Positions 46,474 through 56,968 of a stretch of 64,000 nucleotides of DNA are shown piece after piece. Source of the stretch: Actinomycetota bacterium (GTDB lineage: Bacteria > Actinomycetota > Acidimicrobiia > Spongiisociales > UBA5794). The notes under the pieces were generated by a model that was not told where the DNA came from, did no database searches, and was given only the letters and a program-made list of their open reading frames with translations. A program made the position numbers and the translations under genes. The DNA lies in assembly GCA_013151445.1 (NCBI GenBank), contig JAADIG010000022.1, forward strand, positions 1,347 through 65,346, read 5' to 3'. How positions within the stretch are numbered: the stretch's first letter is position 1; every line of letters starts with the position of its first letter.

Positions 46474-47942
46474 AGACACAGACGACGATCGCGGACCTGG
46501 CAAGGCTTGTGCAGCCAGCCGAGGTCGTCGGGGGCGATCCCGATGTCGTTCTGACGGATGTGACCCATGACTCTCGCCAGGTCAAACCTGGCACATTGTT
46601 TGTTGCTATCCGAGGCGAGCACACCGACGGGCATCGGTTTGTCGAGAGTGCTGTCATCTCGGGTGCACCAGCGATCCTTGTTGAGGAACGAATCTCGACG
46701 GATGTGCCTCAGATCATCGTGGGCGATACGCGCCGCGTCTTGGGGCCGGTCGCCGCCGCCGTCCACGGCTTCCCGGCCACGGACATGGTGATGATCGGGG
46801 TAACCGGGACCAACGGCAAGACGACTGTCACACACATGCTCGAAAGCATGTGCAGGGCCGACGGGCAGATCACGGGACTCATTGGGACGATCGGCGCGGT
46901 GAGTGCCGGCGAACCGATAAGGAGTGTGCGTACTACCCCCGAAGCTCCAGACCTGCACAGGCTTCTTGCCCGCATGCGCGACGACCATGTCCAGGTTGTG
47001 GGTGTTGAGGTCTCGTCGCATGCGCTCGCCCTCGGGCGGGTGGACGGTGTGCTCTTCGATGTGGCGGTCTTTACAAACCTCACCCAAGACCATCTCGACT
47101 ATCACCTGACCATGGAGGACTATTTCCTTGCGAAGGCCGAGCTATTCGACGTGGGCCGGTCGCGCCGTGGCGTTGTTTGGGTCTCGTCGTCCGAAGGAAT
47201 GCGAATGGCCGAGGTGAGTACGACCCCCGTGACAACGATCGGGTGGCTGGGCTCGGGGGCCCACGTTGAGGTATCTGTTGTCGAAGCAACGATCGAAGGT
47301 TCCACATTTGTGGTCCGGTCGCCCACTGAGTCTTTCACCCTTGCGGTTCCTCTGCCCGGTATGTTCAATGTTGAGAACGCCGCCATCGCGGCGTACGTCG
47401 CACGATCGATCGGTGTCTCCGTTGATGCCGTAACAAAAGGTCTCGTCGACCTCGGGTCGATACCGGGGCGGTACGAGGTTGTTGCAACCGAGCCAGCGGT
47501 GGTGGTGGACTACGCCCACACTCCTGAGGCGATCGCCGCCGTCATAGCGGCCTCACGACCGCTCACCGGTGGCCGGATCATTGTCGTGTTTGGAGCCGGC
47601 GGCGACCGTGACGCTGCCAAGCGACCCTTGATGGGAGCTGCCGCGGCAACCGCCGACCACATCGTGATCACCACGGACAACCCACGGTCCGAGGATCCCG
47701 GAGCGCTCATTGCTGCCATCCAAGGGGGAATGGTGGGAACCAATTCGGCTGTCGAGGTCGTTGAGGATAGGGCTGACGCGATCGACCGGGCTCTTGAGGT
47801 GGCGCAACCGAATGACATTGTCTTGATTCTTGGCAAGGGTCACGAAACGGGGATCGACCGTCATGGCGTCGTCGAACCGTTTGACGACCGTGACGTGGCC
47901 CGAGCGCTCGTCCATCGACGGTCGCGACCTTCGCCATGTTGA
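46470..47942 (+). CDS. murE: UDP-N-acetylmuramoyl-L-alanyl-D-glutamate--2,6-diaminopimelate ligase
   Basis: Mur ligase GTNGKTT P-loop and the DNPR motif associated with mDAP specificity. Confidence 0.9.
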   Translation: MKTQTTIADLARLVQPAEVVGGDPDVVLTDVTHDSRQVKPGTLFVAIRGEHTDGHRFVESAVISGAPAILVEERISTDVPQIIVGDTRRVLGPVAAAVHGFPATDMVMIGVTGTNGKTTVTHMLESMCRADGQITGLIGTIGAVSAGEPIRSVRTTPEAPDLHRLLARMRDDHVQVVGVEVSSHALALGRVDGVLFDVAVFTNLTQDHLDYHLTMEDYFLAKAELFDVGRSRRGVVWVSSSEGMRMAEVSTTPVTTIGWLGSGAHVEVSVVEATIEGSTFVVRSPTESFTLAVPLPGMFNVENAAIAAYVARSIGVSVDAVTKGLVDLGSIPGRYEVVATEPAVVVDYAHTPEAIAAVIAASRPLTGGRIIVVFGAGGDRDAAKRPLMGAAAATADHIVITTDNPRSEDPGALIAAIQGGMVGTNSAVEVVEDRADAIDRALEVAQPNDIVLILGKGHETGIDRHGVVEPFDDRDVARALVHRRSRPSPC

Positions 47943-49264
47943 CACTGCACTGGACCCTTAAAGACGTTGCCCGGATCACCGGTGGTGTGATTGTTGGGGA
48001 TCCGCAATTGGTCGTGACGTCAATCGGCACGGACTCGCGTGCCGTGGCACCGGGGAGTTTGTTCGTTGCAATTGTCGGTGAGATCTACGATGGTCATCGT
48101 TTCGCCGCGCAAGCCCTGCAGGCTGGCGCCCACGCGGCACTCGTCTCCGAAGTTCCAACGGACCTATCTGCGGCGGTAGTGGTCGACGATACCCTTGCTG
48201 CACTTCTTGTTTTGGCCACCGCACATCGCCAGAGGTTCACCGGCACCGTCATTGCCGTCACAGGCTCGACAGGTAAGACGTCGACGAAGGACTTGCTTGC
48301 GGGTGCGCTCAACGGTTCTCACGCCAGTCCTCGCTCCTACAACAACGAGATCGGTGTACCGCTGACAATCTTGTCGGCGCCGGTCGATGCCCCGTATGTG
48401 ATCGTCGAAGTCGGGTCCCGTGGTGTTGGTCACATCGAGTTGCTCATGCCCGCAGTGCGCCCGGATATCGCAGTGATTACCAACCTGGGGGTCGTTCATC
48501 TGGAGACATTCGGAACCGAGGAGCGGCTGGCGGACGCCAAGTGGGAGCTTGCGGCAGCGGTCGGTCCGACCGGCACTGTTGTCATTCCTGAGGAAGAAAA
48601 GCGGTTGCAACGCCCGACGTCGGCAACGGTGCTTACGTTTGGCCCCTTAGGTAACGTGTCGGTCGCCGGCTTGCGGTGTGACGAGCGGGGGCGACCGTCA
48701 TTCGTCCTGTCCTACCGGGGAACGAGTTATCCGGTAACTCTGGCAATGTCCGGACGCCACCAGGCAACAAATGCTGCGGCTGCGTTTGCCGCGGCAGTCG
48801 CTGCGGGGGCGTCACCAGTGGACGTGGTCGAAGGTCTGTCGACGGCTTCTGGATCCGCGTGGCGGATGGAAATCCACCGCGGGACGTTCACTGTCGTCAA
48901 TGATGCATACAACGCGAATCCCGATTCCATGCGGAGTGCGATCGAAAGTGTCGCCGACATGCCCGGTCGACACCTGGCGATCGTCGGTGCAATGGCCGAA
49001 CTGGGGCCAGTTGCGGTGGCCGAACACGAAGCGGTCGGGCAGTTGTTGGCCGATTCTGACTATGAAGGAGTAATTGTTGTGGGTGAGGAACCTGGGATAG
49101 CGCGGGCATACGGTGATGCCGCCGTGTGTGTGCCCGACGTAACGAGCGCGCTGGAGACGGCAGAGGCTTTGATTCGTCCCGGCGACGTCGTGTTAGTGAA
49201 GGCCTCGCGCTCCGGTGGCCTCGAACATATCGCCCTCGCCTTGATCGAAATTGCTGCGCCGTGA
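47936..49264 (+). CDS. murF: UDP-N-acetylmuramoyl-tripeptide--D-alanyl-D-alanine ligase
   Basis: Mur ligase GSTGKTSTK P-loop and MurF domain layout. Confidence 0.9.
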   Translation: MLTLHWTLKDVARITGGVIVGDPQLVVTSIGTDSRAVAPGSLFVAIVGEIYDGHRFAAQALQAGAHAALVSEVPTDLSAAVVVDDTLAALLVLATAHRQRFTGTVIAVTGSTGKTSTKDLLAGALNGSHASPRSYNNEIGVPLTILSAPVDAPYVIVEVGSRGVGHIELLMPAVRPDIAVITNLGVVHLETFGTEERLADAKWELAAAVGPTGTVVIPEEEKRLQRPTSATVLTFGPLGNVSVAGLRCDERGRPSFVLSYRGTSYPVTLAMSGRHQATNAAAAFAAAVAAGASPVDVVEGLSTASGSAWRMEIHRGTFTVVNDAYNANPDSMRSAIESVADMPGRHLAIVGAMAELGPVAVAEHEAVGQLLADSDYEGVIVVGEEPGIARAYGDAAVCVPDVTSALETAEALIRPGDVVLVKASRSGGLEHIALALIEIAAP

Positions 49265-50322
49265 TTTCTCTTCTGATCTCGGGCACCATTTCGTTCCTCA
49301 TCACAATTCTTGTTACCCCAATCGCGATTCGGGAGTTACGCAAGCGTTCGATGGGGCAGTTCATTCAAGAAGAAGTATCGATGCACTCCCACAAAAAGGG
49401 CACCCCGACGATGGGTGGTGTCGTCATGTGGGTAGCGGTGACCGTCGGGTACGTCGTCGCCCACTTCCGATTCTGGTCATTCTCGGACGGTTGGACACCC
49501 AGCATCATCCCGTTTTCCGTCGAGGGTGTTCTCGTCCTCATGGCATTCCTCGGTATGGGGTTGATTGGCTTTCTCGACGACTATGCGAAATTCGCCCAGA
49601 AACGCAACCTTGGACTTTCGAAACGATGGAAATTTCTTGGGCAGGTCGTCATCGCCTCACTGTTTGTGCTCGGCGCAAACGCGGCAGGTGTATCCACCAA
49701 GATTTCCGTTACGCGCTCCGTTGGTGCCGATTTGGGGCCGTGGGTGTACGGCCTTTTTGTGCTGTTCATGCTCATCGCAATGGCGAATGCCGTGAACTTC
49801 ACCGACGGTCTCGACGGACTCGTTGCCGGCTCGGGTTCGATGGTGTTTGGCGCCTACGTGCTGATTACCTTCTGGCAGTTCCGCAACCCCGATTACTACG
49901 GGATCTCGGGCGCTCTCGAACTCGGGATGGTGGCAGCGGCAATTGTTGGTGCGCTTGCAGGGTTCTTATGGTGGAACGCCGCCCCGGCGAAGATCATTAT
50001 GGGAGACTCGGGGTCGCAAGCCCTAGGAGGTGCTCTCGCCAGCCTCGCATTGCTCACCCAGACCCACTTCCTCGTTGTCATCCTGGGGGGACTCTATGTG
50101 ATGGAGGCCGCTTCGGTTGTGCTTCAGATCTTCACGTTTCGTACGTGGGGTAAGCGTATTTTCCGCATGGCTCCGATCCATCACCACTTCGAACTCATGG
50201 GGTGGCCCGAGACGGTTGTCATCATCCGTTTCTGGATTCTGTCGGGCATGACCGTGGCTATTGGCGTTGGTCTGTTCTATGCCGAGTTCCTGTCGGTCAC
50301 CGACCGGGGCCTGGCACCATGA
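49261..50322 (+). CDS. mraY: phospho-N-acetylmuramoyl-pentapeptide transferase
   Basis: Ten-TM protein with DDxxD-like DDYAKF and NAVNFTDGLDGL motifs. GTG at 49261 overlaps the murF stop (GTGA). Confidence 0.9.
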   Translation: MISLLISGTISFLITILVTPIAIRELRKRSMGQFIQEEVSMHSHKKGTPTMGGVVMWVAVTVGYVVAHFRFWSFSDGWTPSIIPFSVEGVLVLMAFLGMGLIGFLDDYAKFAQKRNLGLSKRWKFLGQVVIASLFVLGANAAGVSTKISVTRSVGADLGPWVYGLFVLFMLIAMANAVNFTDGLDGLVAGSGSMVFGAYVLITFWQFRNPDYYGISGALELGMVAAAIVGALAGFLWWNAAPAKIIMGDSGSQALGGALASLALLTQTHFLVVILGGLYVMEAASVVLQIFTFRTWGKRIFRMAPIHHHFELMGWPETVVIIRFWILSGMTVAIGVGLFYAEFLSVTDRGLAP

Positions 50323-51602
50323 CCGTACTCATCGTCGGTGCGGCGGTGAGTGGTCGTGCGGCGATGGAGCTCGCAATTGGCGATGGCCGTGATGTGGTGG
50401 TCTACGACGACAATCCGGAGGCGCTCCGGCAGCTACCCGAGGGCGTTCGTGCCGTCGACGCCGCTACCTACCGATCCGTGCTGCCCCATGTTTCCCTAGT
50501 CGTATTGAGTCCGGGTTTGCCCCGTGACCTTGAGATTGTTCGTTTCGCTCGCAGCAGCGGGAAGCGCGTTCTGGGTGAAACTGAGTTCGCTCTTGAGCAC
50601 ACGGAGACACCCTATTGCGCTGTGACCGGTACGAATGGGAAGACGACAGTCACTGGCGCGGCGGCTGACATGTTGGTTGCTTCGGGTCAACGTGCTCGGG
50701 CGGTGGGAAACATCGGTGTTCCACTAAGCGCCGTGACCGGGGACCCCGTCGACACGTTTGTGATCGAGATGTCAAGCTTTCAGCTAGAAACGACGACATC
50801 GTTCCATCCTCGGGCTGCGGCAATAACGAACATCGCCGCAGATCATCTCGACGCCCACGGGTCGTTCGCAGCGTACGCCGCGGCGAAGGCGAAGATTTTC
50901 GAGAATCAGACCACCGAGGATCTGCTCACCTGGGATGCCGATGACACCGGCGCATCCGCCGTGGTGGCCAGCGCTTCAGGCCGGCAGGTACCGGTGAGCG
51001 CGACGCGAGTACCCGAGGGTGGCAATGGAGTGAGGGACGGCGAGATGATCGTCGGCGACTGGAAGTTCAAGGCTCCCGATGTTGGTCCGGCGTTTACGGT
51101 GGACCTGCTCGTGGCGGCGACTGTGGCGCGCCACATGGGTGCGTCGGAGGCCGGTGTTTCGTCAGCGATAGCGAACTTCCGCCCAGGTGCACATCGGCGC
51201 GAGCGAATCGCGTTCATCGACGGAGTCACGTGGGTGAACGACTCGAAGGCGACCAACCCGCACGCGGCGTTGGCATCGATCCGGTCCTTTGGACGGGTGG
51301 TGCTCATCGCTGGCGGGCGCAACAAGGGACTCGATCTCGCACCGCTGCCAAACGAGGAGAACGTCGTCATGACGATCGCCATTGGAGAATCCTCTTCAGA
51401 ACTTGTTGCGTCAGCGGCCCCCGGATCGATTGTCGAAGCCGACTCTCTGGCCACGGCTATCTCGATTGCCAGTACGAAAGCGGTCCCAGGCGATACAGTT
51501 CTCCTCGCCCCAGGATGCGCAAGCTTCGACATGTTTGTCTCCTATGTGGAACGGGGAGATCTGTTCAGAGAATTGGTGACTTCCATGGCGGACGAAAGAT
51601 AG
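50319..51602 (+). CDS. murD: UDP-N-acetylmuramoylalanine--D-glutamate ligase
   Basis: GTNGKTT P-loop and the N-terminal Rossmann VLIVGAAVSG. ATGA overlap with mraY. Confidence 0.9.
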   Translation: MTVLIVGAAVSGRAAMELAIGDGRDVVVYDDNPEALRQLPEGVRAVDAATYRSVLPHVSLVVLSPGLPRDLEIVRFARSSGKRVLGETEFALEHTETPYCAVTGTNGKTTVTGAAADMLVASGQRARAVGNIGVPLSAVTGDPVDTFVIEMSSFQLETTTSFHPRAAAITNIAADHLDAHGSFAAYAAAKAKIFENQTTEDLLTWDADDTGASAVVASASGRQVPVSATRVPEGGNGVRDGEMIVGDWKFKAPDVGPAFTVDLLVAATVARHMGASEAGVSSAIANFRPGAHRRERIAFIDGVTWVNDSKATNPHAALASIRSFGRVVLIAGGRNKGLDLAPLPNEENVVMTIAIGESSSELVASAAPGSIVEADSLATAISIASTKAVPGDTVLLAPGCASFDMFVSYVERGDLFRELVTSMADER

Positions 51603-51604
51603 AC

Positions 51605-52774
51605 ATGGCTTCCCGAACTTCTACATCCGCAGAGTCCAGTCGTCTGGTGGCTCGGCGCACCAGGGCTGACACGGCGGTCGTGACCGGCCACTCCCGTGCG
51701 GTCCTCGCGCTCATCCCCGTGGCACTGCTGCTCGTTATTGGTGCTGGAGCGTTGATGTCGGCTTCCTCGGTGATTGCACTGCATGAAAACGGCGACCGGA
51801 TGTACCTCTTCAACCGACATCTGATGTTCATCGGCATCGGGGTGTTTGCACTACTCATTACAGCGCGGGTTCCGTACCGGCTGTATGAACGCTGGGCGAT
51901 CCCTATTTTCTTGCTGAGTCTCGTCGCACTTGTGACGACCCTGGCGATCGGTAAGAGCATTGATGGAGCGACCCGTTGGGTCACCATCGGTGGTGTCAGT
52001 CTGCAACTCTCCGAGTTCTCGAAATTCGCAACGATTGTGATGTTGGCCGCAATATTTTCGCGGGAGAACAAACGATTCCTTCGTTTTCGCGGGGTGTTTA
52101 TCCCCGTTGCGTTCGTGTTCGGCTCGTCAGGTGTGCTGCTGCTGGCTCAGCCCGACTTTGGGACGGTCCTCATCGTTGCGGGTGCCGGTTTTGCAGTGCT
52201 GATCGCATCGAAGGCACCGTTGCGCTGGGTGGGCGCGATGATGGCGCTCGGTGGAGTTGCCGGGGCTTTTCTTGCCCAGTCTGCACCGTATCGGATGCAG
52301 CGAATCCTGTCGTTTCGCGATCCGCTCGCAGACCCGCTCGGCAACGGTCTACAGGCAGTACAGAGCCTTGTCGCGCTTGGAACAGGAGGCCTGTTCGGTG
52401 TCGGTCTCGGTGCCAGCCGGGCGCGCTGGCGTTTTCTACCCAACGCTCACAACGACTTTATCTTTGCAATCATCGGTGAAGAAATGGGGCTTGTGGGGTC
52501 GCTCGCTGTCGTTTCCCTGTTCCTCTTGTTCTCGCTCGTCGGCGTGCAGCTTGCGCTGCGGATCGATGACATGTTCGGGCGGTTACTCGCCATCGGCCTG
52601 GTCGCATGGATTTCAACACAGGCCCTCGTCAACATCGGAGGGGTAGCCGCTATTCTTCCTATCTCGGGCGTGCCGCTACCGTTCGTATCAGCCGGTGGAT
52701 CGGCGATGATTGCCAACCTTGCCGCCGTCGGAGTACTGATCAACCTCTCCCGTACGCAAAGGACAGAGTCGTGA
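51605..52774 (+). CDS. ftsW: peptidoglycan glycosyltransferase FtsW (SEDS family)
   Basis: Ten-TM SEDS protein. Conserved PISGVPLPFVSAGGS C-terminal block. Confidence 0.9.
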   Translation: MASRTSTSAESSRLVARRTRADTAVVTGHSRAVLALIPVALLLVIGAGALMSASSVIALHENGDRMYLFNRHLMFIGIGVFALLITARVPYRLYERWAIPIFLLSLVALVTTLAIGKSIDGATRWVTIGGVSLQLSEFSKFATIVMLAAIFSRENKRFLRFRGVFIPVAFVFGSSGVLLLAQPDFGTVLIVAGAGFAVLIASKAPLRWVGAMMALGGVAGAFLAQSAPYRMQRILSFRDPLADPLGNGLQAVQSLVALGTGGLFGVGLGASRARWRFLPNAHNDFIFAIIGEEMGLVGSLAVVSLFLLFSLVGVQLALRIDDMFGRLLAIGLVAWISTQALVNIGGVAAILPISGVPLPFVSAGGSAMIANLAAVGVLINLSRTQRTES

Positions 52775-53853
52775 AATTTGCTCTGGCAGCCGCTGGAACC
52801 GGAGGCCATGTTTTCCCCGCTCTCGCTGTCGGGCATGCACTCATCGAACGAGGGATCGCCCGCGACGATATTGTGTTCTTCGGTGGTGATCGAATGGAGC
52901 GGGTGACGGTCCCGGCCGCCGGGTTTCGGTTTGTGGAACTCGAAATCCAGGGACTCAAGAGGTCTCTTTCGCCCGACAACTTGAAACTGATTTCGATGGT
53001 TCGCAAGGCCCGGGCGACCGTCCGCGATGTCTGTCGTGACGAGGGCGTGGGGGCTCTCACTACCTTTGGTGGGTACGTTGCCGGCCCCGTCGCGATGGCC
53101 GCTCACTCGGCCAACGTACCGCTCTTCGTCCATGAACAAAACGCCATGCCTGGTCTCGCCAATCGTCTGATTGCACGCTGGGCGACCGAGGTGTTTGTTG
53201 CTTTCGACCAGGCACAGTCCACCCTTGGTGGTCGAGTGGTCGGAAACCCGTTGCGCAGCGAACTCGTTGCGTTCGACAGGGCATCTCTCCGATCGGAGGC
53301 GAGAAGTCGATACGGTGTCGATGATGACACGACCGTCCTCGGGATCCTCGGCGGTAGCCTCGGGGCACGATCCCTCAACGAGATCGCAAATCAGGTCGCA
53401 CTGACACTCGATCGTGACAAATTTGCCATCGTCCACATTGCGGGACGCGACCACGCTGATGCGGTTCAGCAACGTGCTGACCGTGCGGGTATTCGGTGGA
53501 CCGTCCGCGGTTTCGAGGATGAGATGGAGTATTTTTACGCGGCCTCCGACGTTGTGCTGTCGCGCGCTGGTGCTCTCACCGTGAGCGAGCTAGCAGCGAC
53601 AAGAACCCCCGCGGTTGTTGTGCCACTCGCCATCGGGACGGCCGACCATCAGGCAGCGAACGCCGCTGGTCCGGTCCGCGACGGTGCGATGGTGATGGTG
53701 CGTGAGGACATGATTGACCAGGTACCTGCGGCCTTGGAGCAACTCTTGTCGGACGTGGGTAAACGTGCGGCGATGGCTGAGGCGTATGGCCAGCATGCAA
53801 GAACGGATGCGGCGGCGGTCGTTGCGGATGCCATGATCGGTGCGGCCACGTGA
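52771..53853 (+). CDS. murG: UDP-N-acetylglucosamine--N-acetylmuramyl-(pentapeptide) pyrophosphoryl-undecaprenol N-acetylglucosamine transferase
   Basis: AAGTGGHVFPALAV N-terminal motif. GTGA overlap with ftsW. Confidence 0.9.
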   Translation: MKFALAAAGTGGHVFPALAVGHALIERGIARDDIVFFGGDRMERVTVPAAGFRFVELEIQGLKRSLSPDNLKLISMVRKARATVRDVCRDEGVGALTTFGGYVAGPVAMAAHSANVPLFVHEQNAMPGLANRLIARWATEVFVAFDQAQSTLGGRVVGNPLRSELVAFDRASLRSEARSRYGVDDDTTVLGILGGSLGARSLNEIANQVALTLDRDKFAIVHIAGRDHADAVQQRADRAGIRWTVRGFEDEMEYFYAASDVVLSRAGALTVSELAATRTPAVVVPLAIGTADHQAANAAGPVRDGAMVMVREDMIDQVPAALEQLLSDVGKRAAMAEAYGQHARTDAAAVVADAMIGAAT

Positions 53854-55229
53854 TCGATCGCGGGTTTCTCAACGACGATCGGTCTACCAGCGTCCATCTT
53901 GTCGGGGTTGGTGGTGCCGGCATGAGCGGCCTCGCCAAACTACTAAGGCAGGATGGTTACACGGTCAGCGGATCGGATCTAAAACCGGGGCGCGTCCTGA
54001 ACCGGCTCCGCGATCTTGGAGTTGCCGCATGGACGGGCAGCGACCCTGCCAAGGCTCTCACCGCAGATATTCTTGTGAAGTCATCGGCGGTTCCCCCATC
54101 CGATCCCGAGGTGCGTGCTTTCGCCCAGGCGGGACGGCCGGTGTTGGGAAGACCCGAACTCCTCGAGCGGATGACTGCGGCAGTCCCGGCGATCGGCTGT
54201 GCGGGAACCCATGGCAAGACAACATCGACGGCCCTCATGATTCATGCACTGCGTAACTCGGGGCACGATCCAAGTTTCATGGTTGGTGGCCAGCTCAGCG
54301 ACCTTCATACGAACGCCCACCTCGGCGCCGACGAGACATTTCTCCTGGAGGCCGATGAGGCGTTCGGCACGTTCCGCAGCCTGCATCTTCGTGGTGTGCT
54401 GGTCACGAACATCGATGCAGATCATCTTGACTACTACGGCAACGTTGCGGCACTCGAAGAGGCGTTTGCGCTTGTTGCAACTCGCACAGAAGGGCCGGTC
54501 GTCGGATGTATCGATGATGGCGGTGTGAGCCGGTTGGCTCAGCGTACGGCTTTGGTTTCCTACGGCATGCGAGAGGAAGCGACCTACCGTATCACTGACG
54601 TGTCGCACGGCAACTGGGAAGTGAGTTTCATGCTGTCGGGTCCGCACGGGGCGACCCCGGTGAGCATCCCGAAACCCGGAGACCACATCGCCCGTAACGC
54701 GGCTGGTGTGCTGGTTCTGCTCCACGAGATGGGTTTTGATGTCGAGCAGGCAGCCGCCTCGCTTGCGAGCTTCGAAGGTGTCCGGCGTCGTTTCGAAACA
54801 CGGGCAAACATTGCTGGTGTCACTGTTGTTGATGACTATGCCCATCATCCGACCGAGATCGCAGCAACTGTGCAGGCGGCCCGTCGCGGTTCGTGGCGCA
54901 AGGTCTGGGCCGTCTTTCAACCCCACCGATACACCAGGACTGCCGAGCTTGGGCACCTCTTCGGCCCACCGCTCGCATGCGCCGATGAAGTGATTGTCAC
55001 CGATGTGTTCGCCGCTTCGGAGACACCGATTCCGGGTGTCTCCGGACGATTAGTGAGCCAGGCGGTCGAGGCGGCCGGTGGCTCCGTACGCTTCGTCGAG
55101 CGTGTCAGTGATGCCGTCACGGTATTGAGCGACGAGGTCGTTGAGGGGGACCTGGTTCTGTTGCTCGGTGCCGGCGATATCAGTGCCGCGGCCGAAGAGC
55201 TAGCTCGAAGGTTAGAAAGCCGACCATGA
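53850..55229 (+). CDS. murC: UDP-N-acetylmuramate--L-alanine ligase
   Basis: VHLVGVGGAGMSGLA and GTHGKTTST motifs. GTGA overlap with murG. Confidence 0.9.
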   Translation: MIDRGFLNDDRSTSVHLVGVGGAGMSGLAKLLRQDGYTVSGSDLKPGRVLNRLRDLGVAAWTGSDPAKALTADILVKSSAVPPSDPEVRAFAQAGRPVLGRPELLERMTAAVPAIGCAGTHGKTTSTALMIHALRNSGHDPSFMVGGQLSDLHTNAHLGADETFLLEADEAFGTFRSLHLRGVLVTNIDADHLDYYGNVAALEEAFALVATRTEGPVVGCIDDGGVSRLAQRTALVSYGMREEATYRITDVSHGNWEVSFMLSGPHGATPVSIPKPGDHIARNAAGVLVLLHEMGFDVEQAAASLASFEGVRRRFETRANIAGVTVVDDYAHHPTEIAATVQAARRGSWRKVWAVFQPHRYTRTAELGHLFGPPLACADEVIVTDVFAASETPIPGVSGRLVSQAVEAAGGSVRFVERVSDAVTVLSDEVVEGDLVLLLGAGDISAAAEELARRLESRP

Positions 55230-56131
55230 ATAGCATCCCCGACCTTGTGTCGGGTGGTCTCGTCCATCCGCAGGTCGCGCTCGGCCCGATGACGACGTAC
55301 AAGATCGGCGGCAACGCCGAGTACTTTGCGCGGGTTGACACTCGAACCGAACTGGATGAGGTACTCGCCGCGGCGACGGGCGAGAATCTCGGTGTCACGA
55401 TGATTGGAAGAGGTTCGAATCTTCTCGTCGCGACGCGCGGCGTCTCCGGGATCGTGGTGCGTCTGGCAGGGACCTTTTCGGAAGTAGAAGTTCGCACCGA
55501 CTCCGTTCATGCCGGCGCCGGTGCGGCACTTCCCGTGCTGGCCCGCACAGCAACGAGGGTTGGCCAGCGGGGTCTCGAGTTCTTTGTCGGAGTGCCCGGC
55601 ACCGTCGGTGGGGCCGTTCTTATGAACGCCGGGTGCCACGGCACCGAAACTCGGGATGTCCTGAGGTCGGCTCTCGTGTTAGACCTCGACTCCGGAGTCG
55701 CAGTCGAAAGGACCCCGGCCGAGCTGAAACTGTCATATCGCCACTCAAATTTACGACCGTCCGATGTCGTACTGTCGGCGGTGTTCGAAACAACGAATGG
55801 TGATGTGGCCGATGGCGAACGCCTCATGCGAGAGGTGACGGCGTGGCGACGTGATCACCAGCCGGGGGGGACCCACAACGCTGGGTCGGTGTTCAAGAAC
55901 CCTCCCGGCGACTCCGCGGGGCGTCTCATCGACTCGATTGGTCTCAAGGGGTTTCGTATCGGAGGTGCAGCGGTCTCGACACGGCACGCAAACTTCATCG
56001 AAGCCTCGGAGGAGGCGACACCCGAAGATGTGTACGCAGTCATTGAAGCCGTTCGGACTCGTGTCGCAAGAGAGATTGGCATCGAGCTGGTCCGCGAGGT
56101 TGTCTGTCTCGGTTTCGAGGACGACGCGTGA
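55226..56131 (+). CDS. murB: UDP-N-acetylenolpyruvoylglucosamine reductase
   Basis: FAD-binding PCMH domain TTYKIGGNAEYFA...GRGSNLL. ATGA overlap with murC. Confidence 0.85.
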   Translation: MNSIPDLVSGGLVHPQVALGPMTTYKIGGNAEYFARVDTRTELDEVLAAATGENLGVTMIGRGSNLLVATRGVSGIVVRLAGTFSEVEVRTDSVHAGAGAALPVLARTATRVGQRGLEFFVGVPGTVGGAVLMNAGCHGTETRDVLRSALVLDLDSGVAVERTPAELKLSYRHSNLRPSDVVLSAVFETTNGDVADGERLMREVTAWRRDHQPGGTHNAGSVFKNPPGDSAGRLIDSIGLKGFRIGGAAVSTRHANFIEASEEATPEDVYAVIEAVRTRVAREIGIELVREVVCLGFEDDA

Positions 56132-56898
56132 CGGCACCGCAAATCAATCAACGAATTGAGGAGCGTCGAAGAGGCGTGTCAGAGGACAACGCCCGGCGCC
56201 GCCTCCGACGCCTCCTGCTCGTGGCGACTCTCGTTGGGGTCGTGGCGCTCGTCGCGTGGCTGCTGCAAAGTCCTGTGTTCGCAGTGCGCGACGTCGTGGT
56301 GCGTGGTGTCGAGAATTCTTCGGCGTTGGAACGCCTGGAAGCAATCGATGTTGTGACTGGTGTTGCGACATTGTCGGTGAAGGCCGACGCTGTGCAGGCC
56401 GAGCTGGAGCTTGACCCATGGATCAAGGACAGCAGGGTTGTCGTCCAGTGGCCGGGTCATGTTGAGATCGACGTCGTCGAGTACGTCCCCGTGGCCGCCG
56501 TCCAGACGGGCACGACCTGGGTCCTCGTGGGGGAGGAAGGCAGCGTGCTCGAATCATTGCCGACATCGCCACCGGGCCTGGGCACAGTAACAATCGCCAC
56601 TGAGCGGATCCTCCCGGGGCAAAAAATAAGCGATGTCGAAGTGGTTGCGGCCGTACTGTTCATAGCGCGAGTCGGAGATAGTGTTTCGGTGCCAACGACT
56701 GTCTGGAACGAGGGCAACGAACTCGTTGCTACCGTGAATGGGTATCGTGTTCGCATCGGACCGGCCGTTGATGTCGAGGCGAAAGCAGCGGCAGTGGTGG
56801 CGATTCTCGCCGATGGAATACCCCTAGGCTCGGTCATTGATGTTGTGTCACCGACCCGCCCAGCGGTGGCAATCCCTCAACCAGAGGTTGAGGAGTAG
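56128..56898 (+). CDS. ftsQ: cell division protein FtsQ (POTRA domain)
   Basis: Basic N-terminus, a single TM LLLVATLVGVVALVAWLL, then POTRA and FtsQ beta domains. GTGA overlap with murB. Confidence 0.8.
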   Translation: MTAPQINQRIEERRRGVSEDNARRRLRRLLLVATLVGVVALVAWLLQSPVFAVRDVVVRGVENSSALERLEAIDVVTGVATLSVKADAVQAELELDPWIKDSRVVVQWPGHVEIDVVEYVPVAAVQTGTTWVLVGEEGSVLESLPTSPPGLGTVTIATERILPGQKISDVEVVAAVLFIARVGDSVSVPTTVWNEGNELVATVNGYRVRIGPAVDVEAKAAAVVAILADGIPLGSVIDVVSPTRPAVAIPQPEVEE

Positions 56899-56968
56899 AA
56901 AGAAGTCCCTACGAAACTAGGAAACAGGGCTAACCTAGGTATTGAGCCTTAGTGGATTGTTGGAGAAC

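Noticed and set aside
56899-56968. CTAGG...CCTAGG inverted repeat before ftsZ
   Set aside because: Only 5-bp arms with a 13-nt spacer in a relatively AT-rich ftsZ leader. It is too weak to call.
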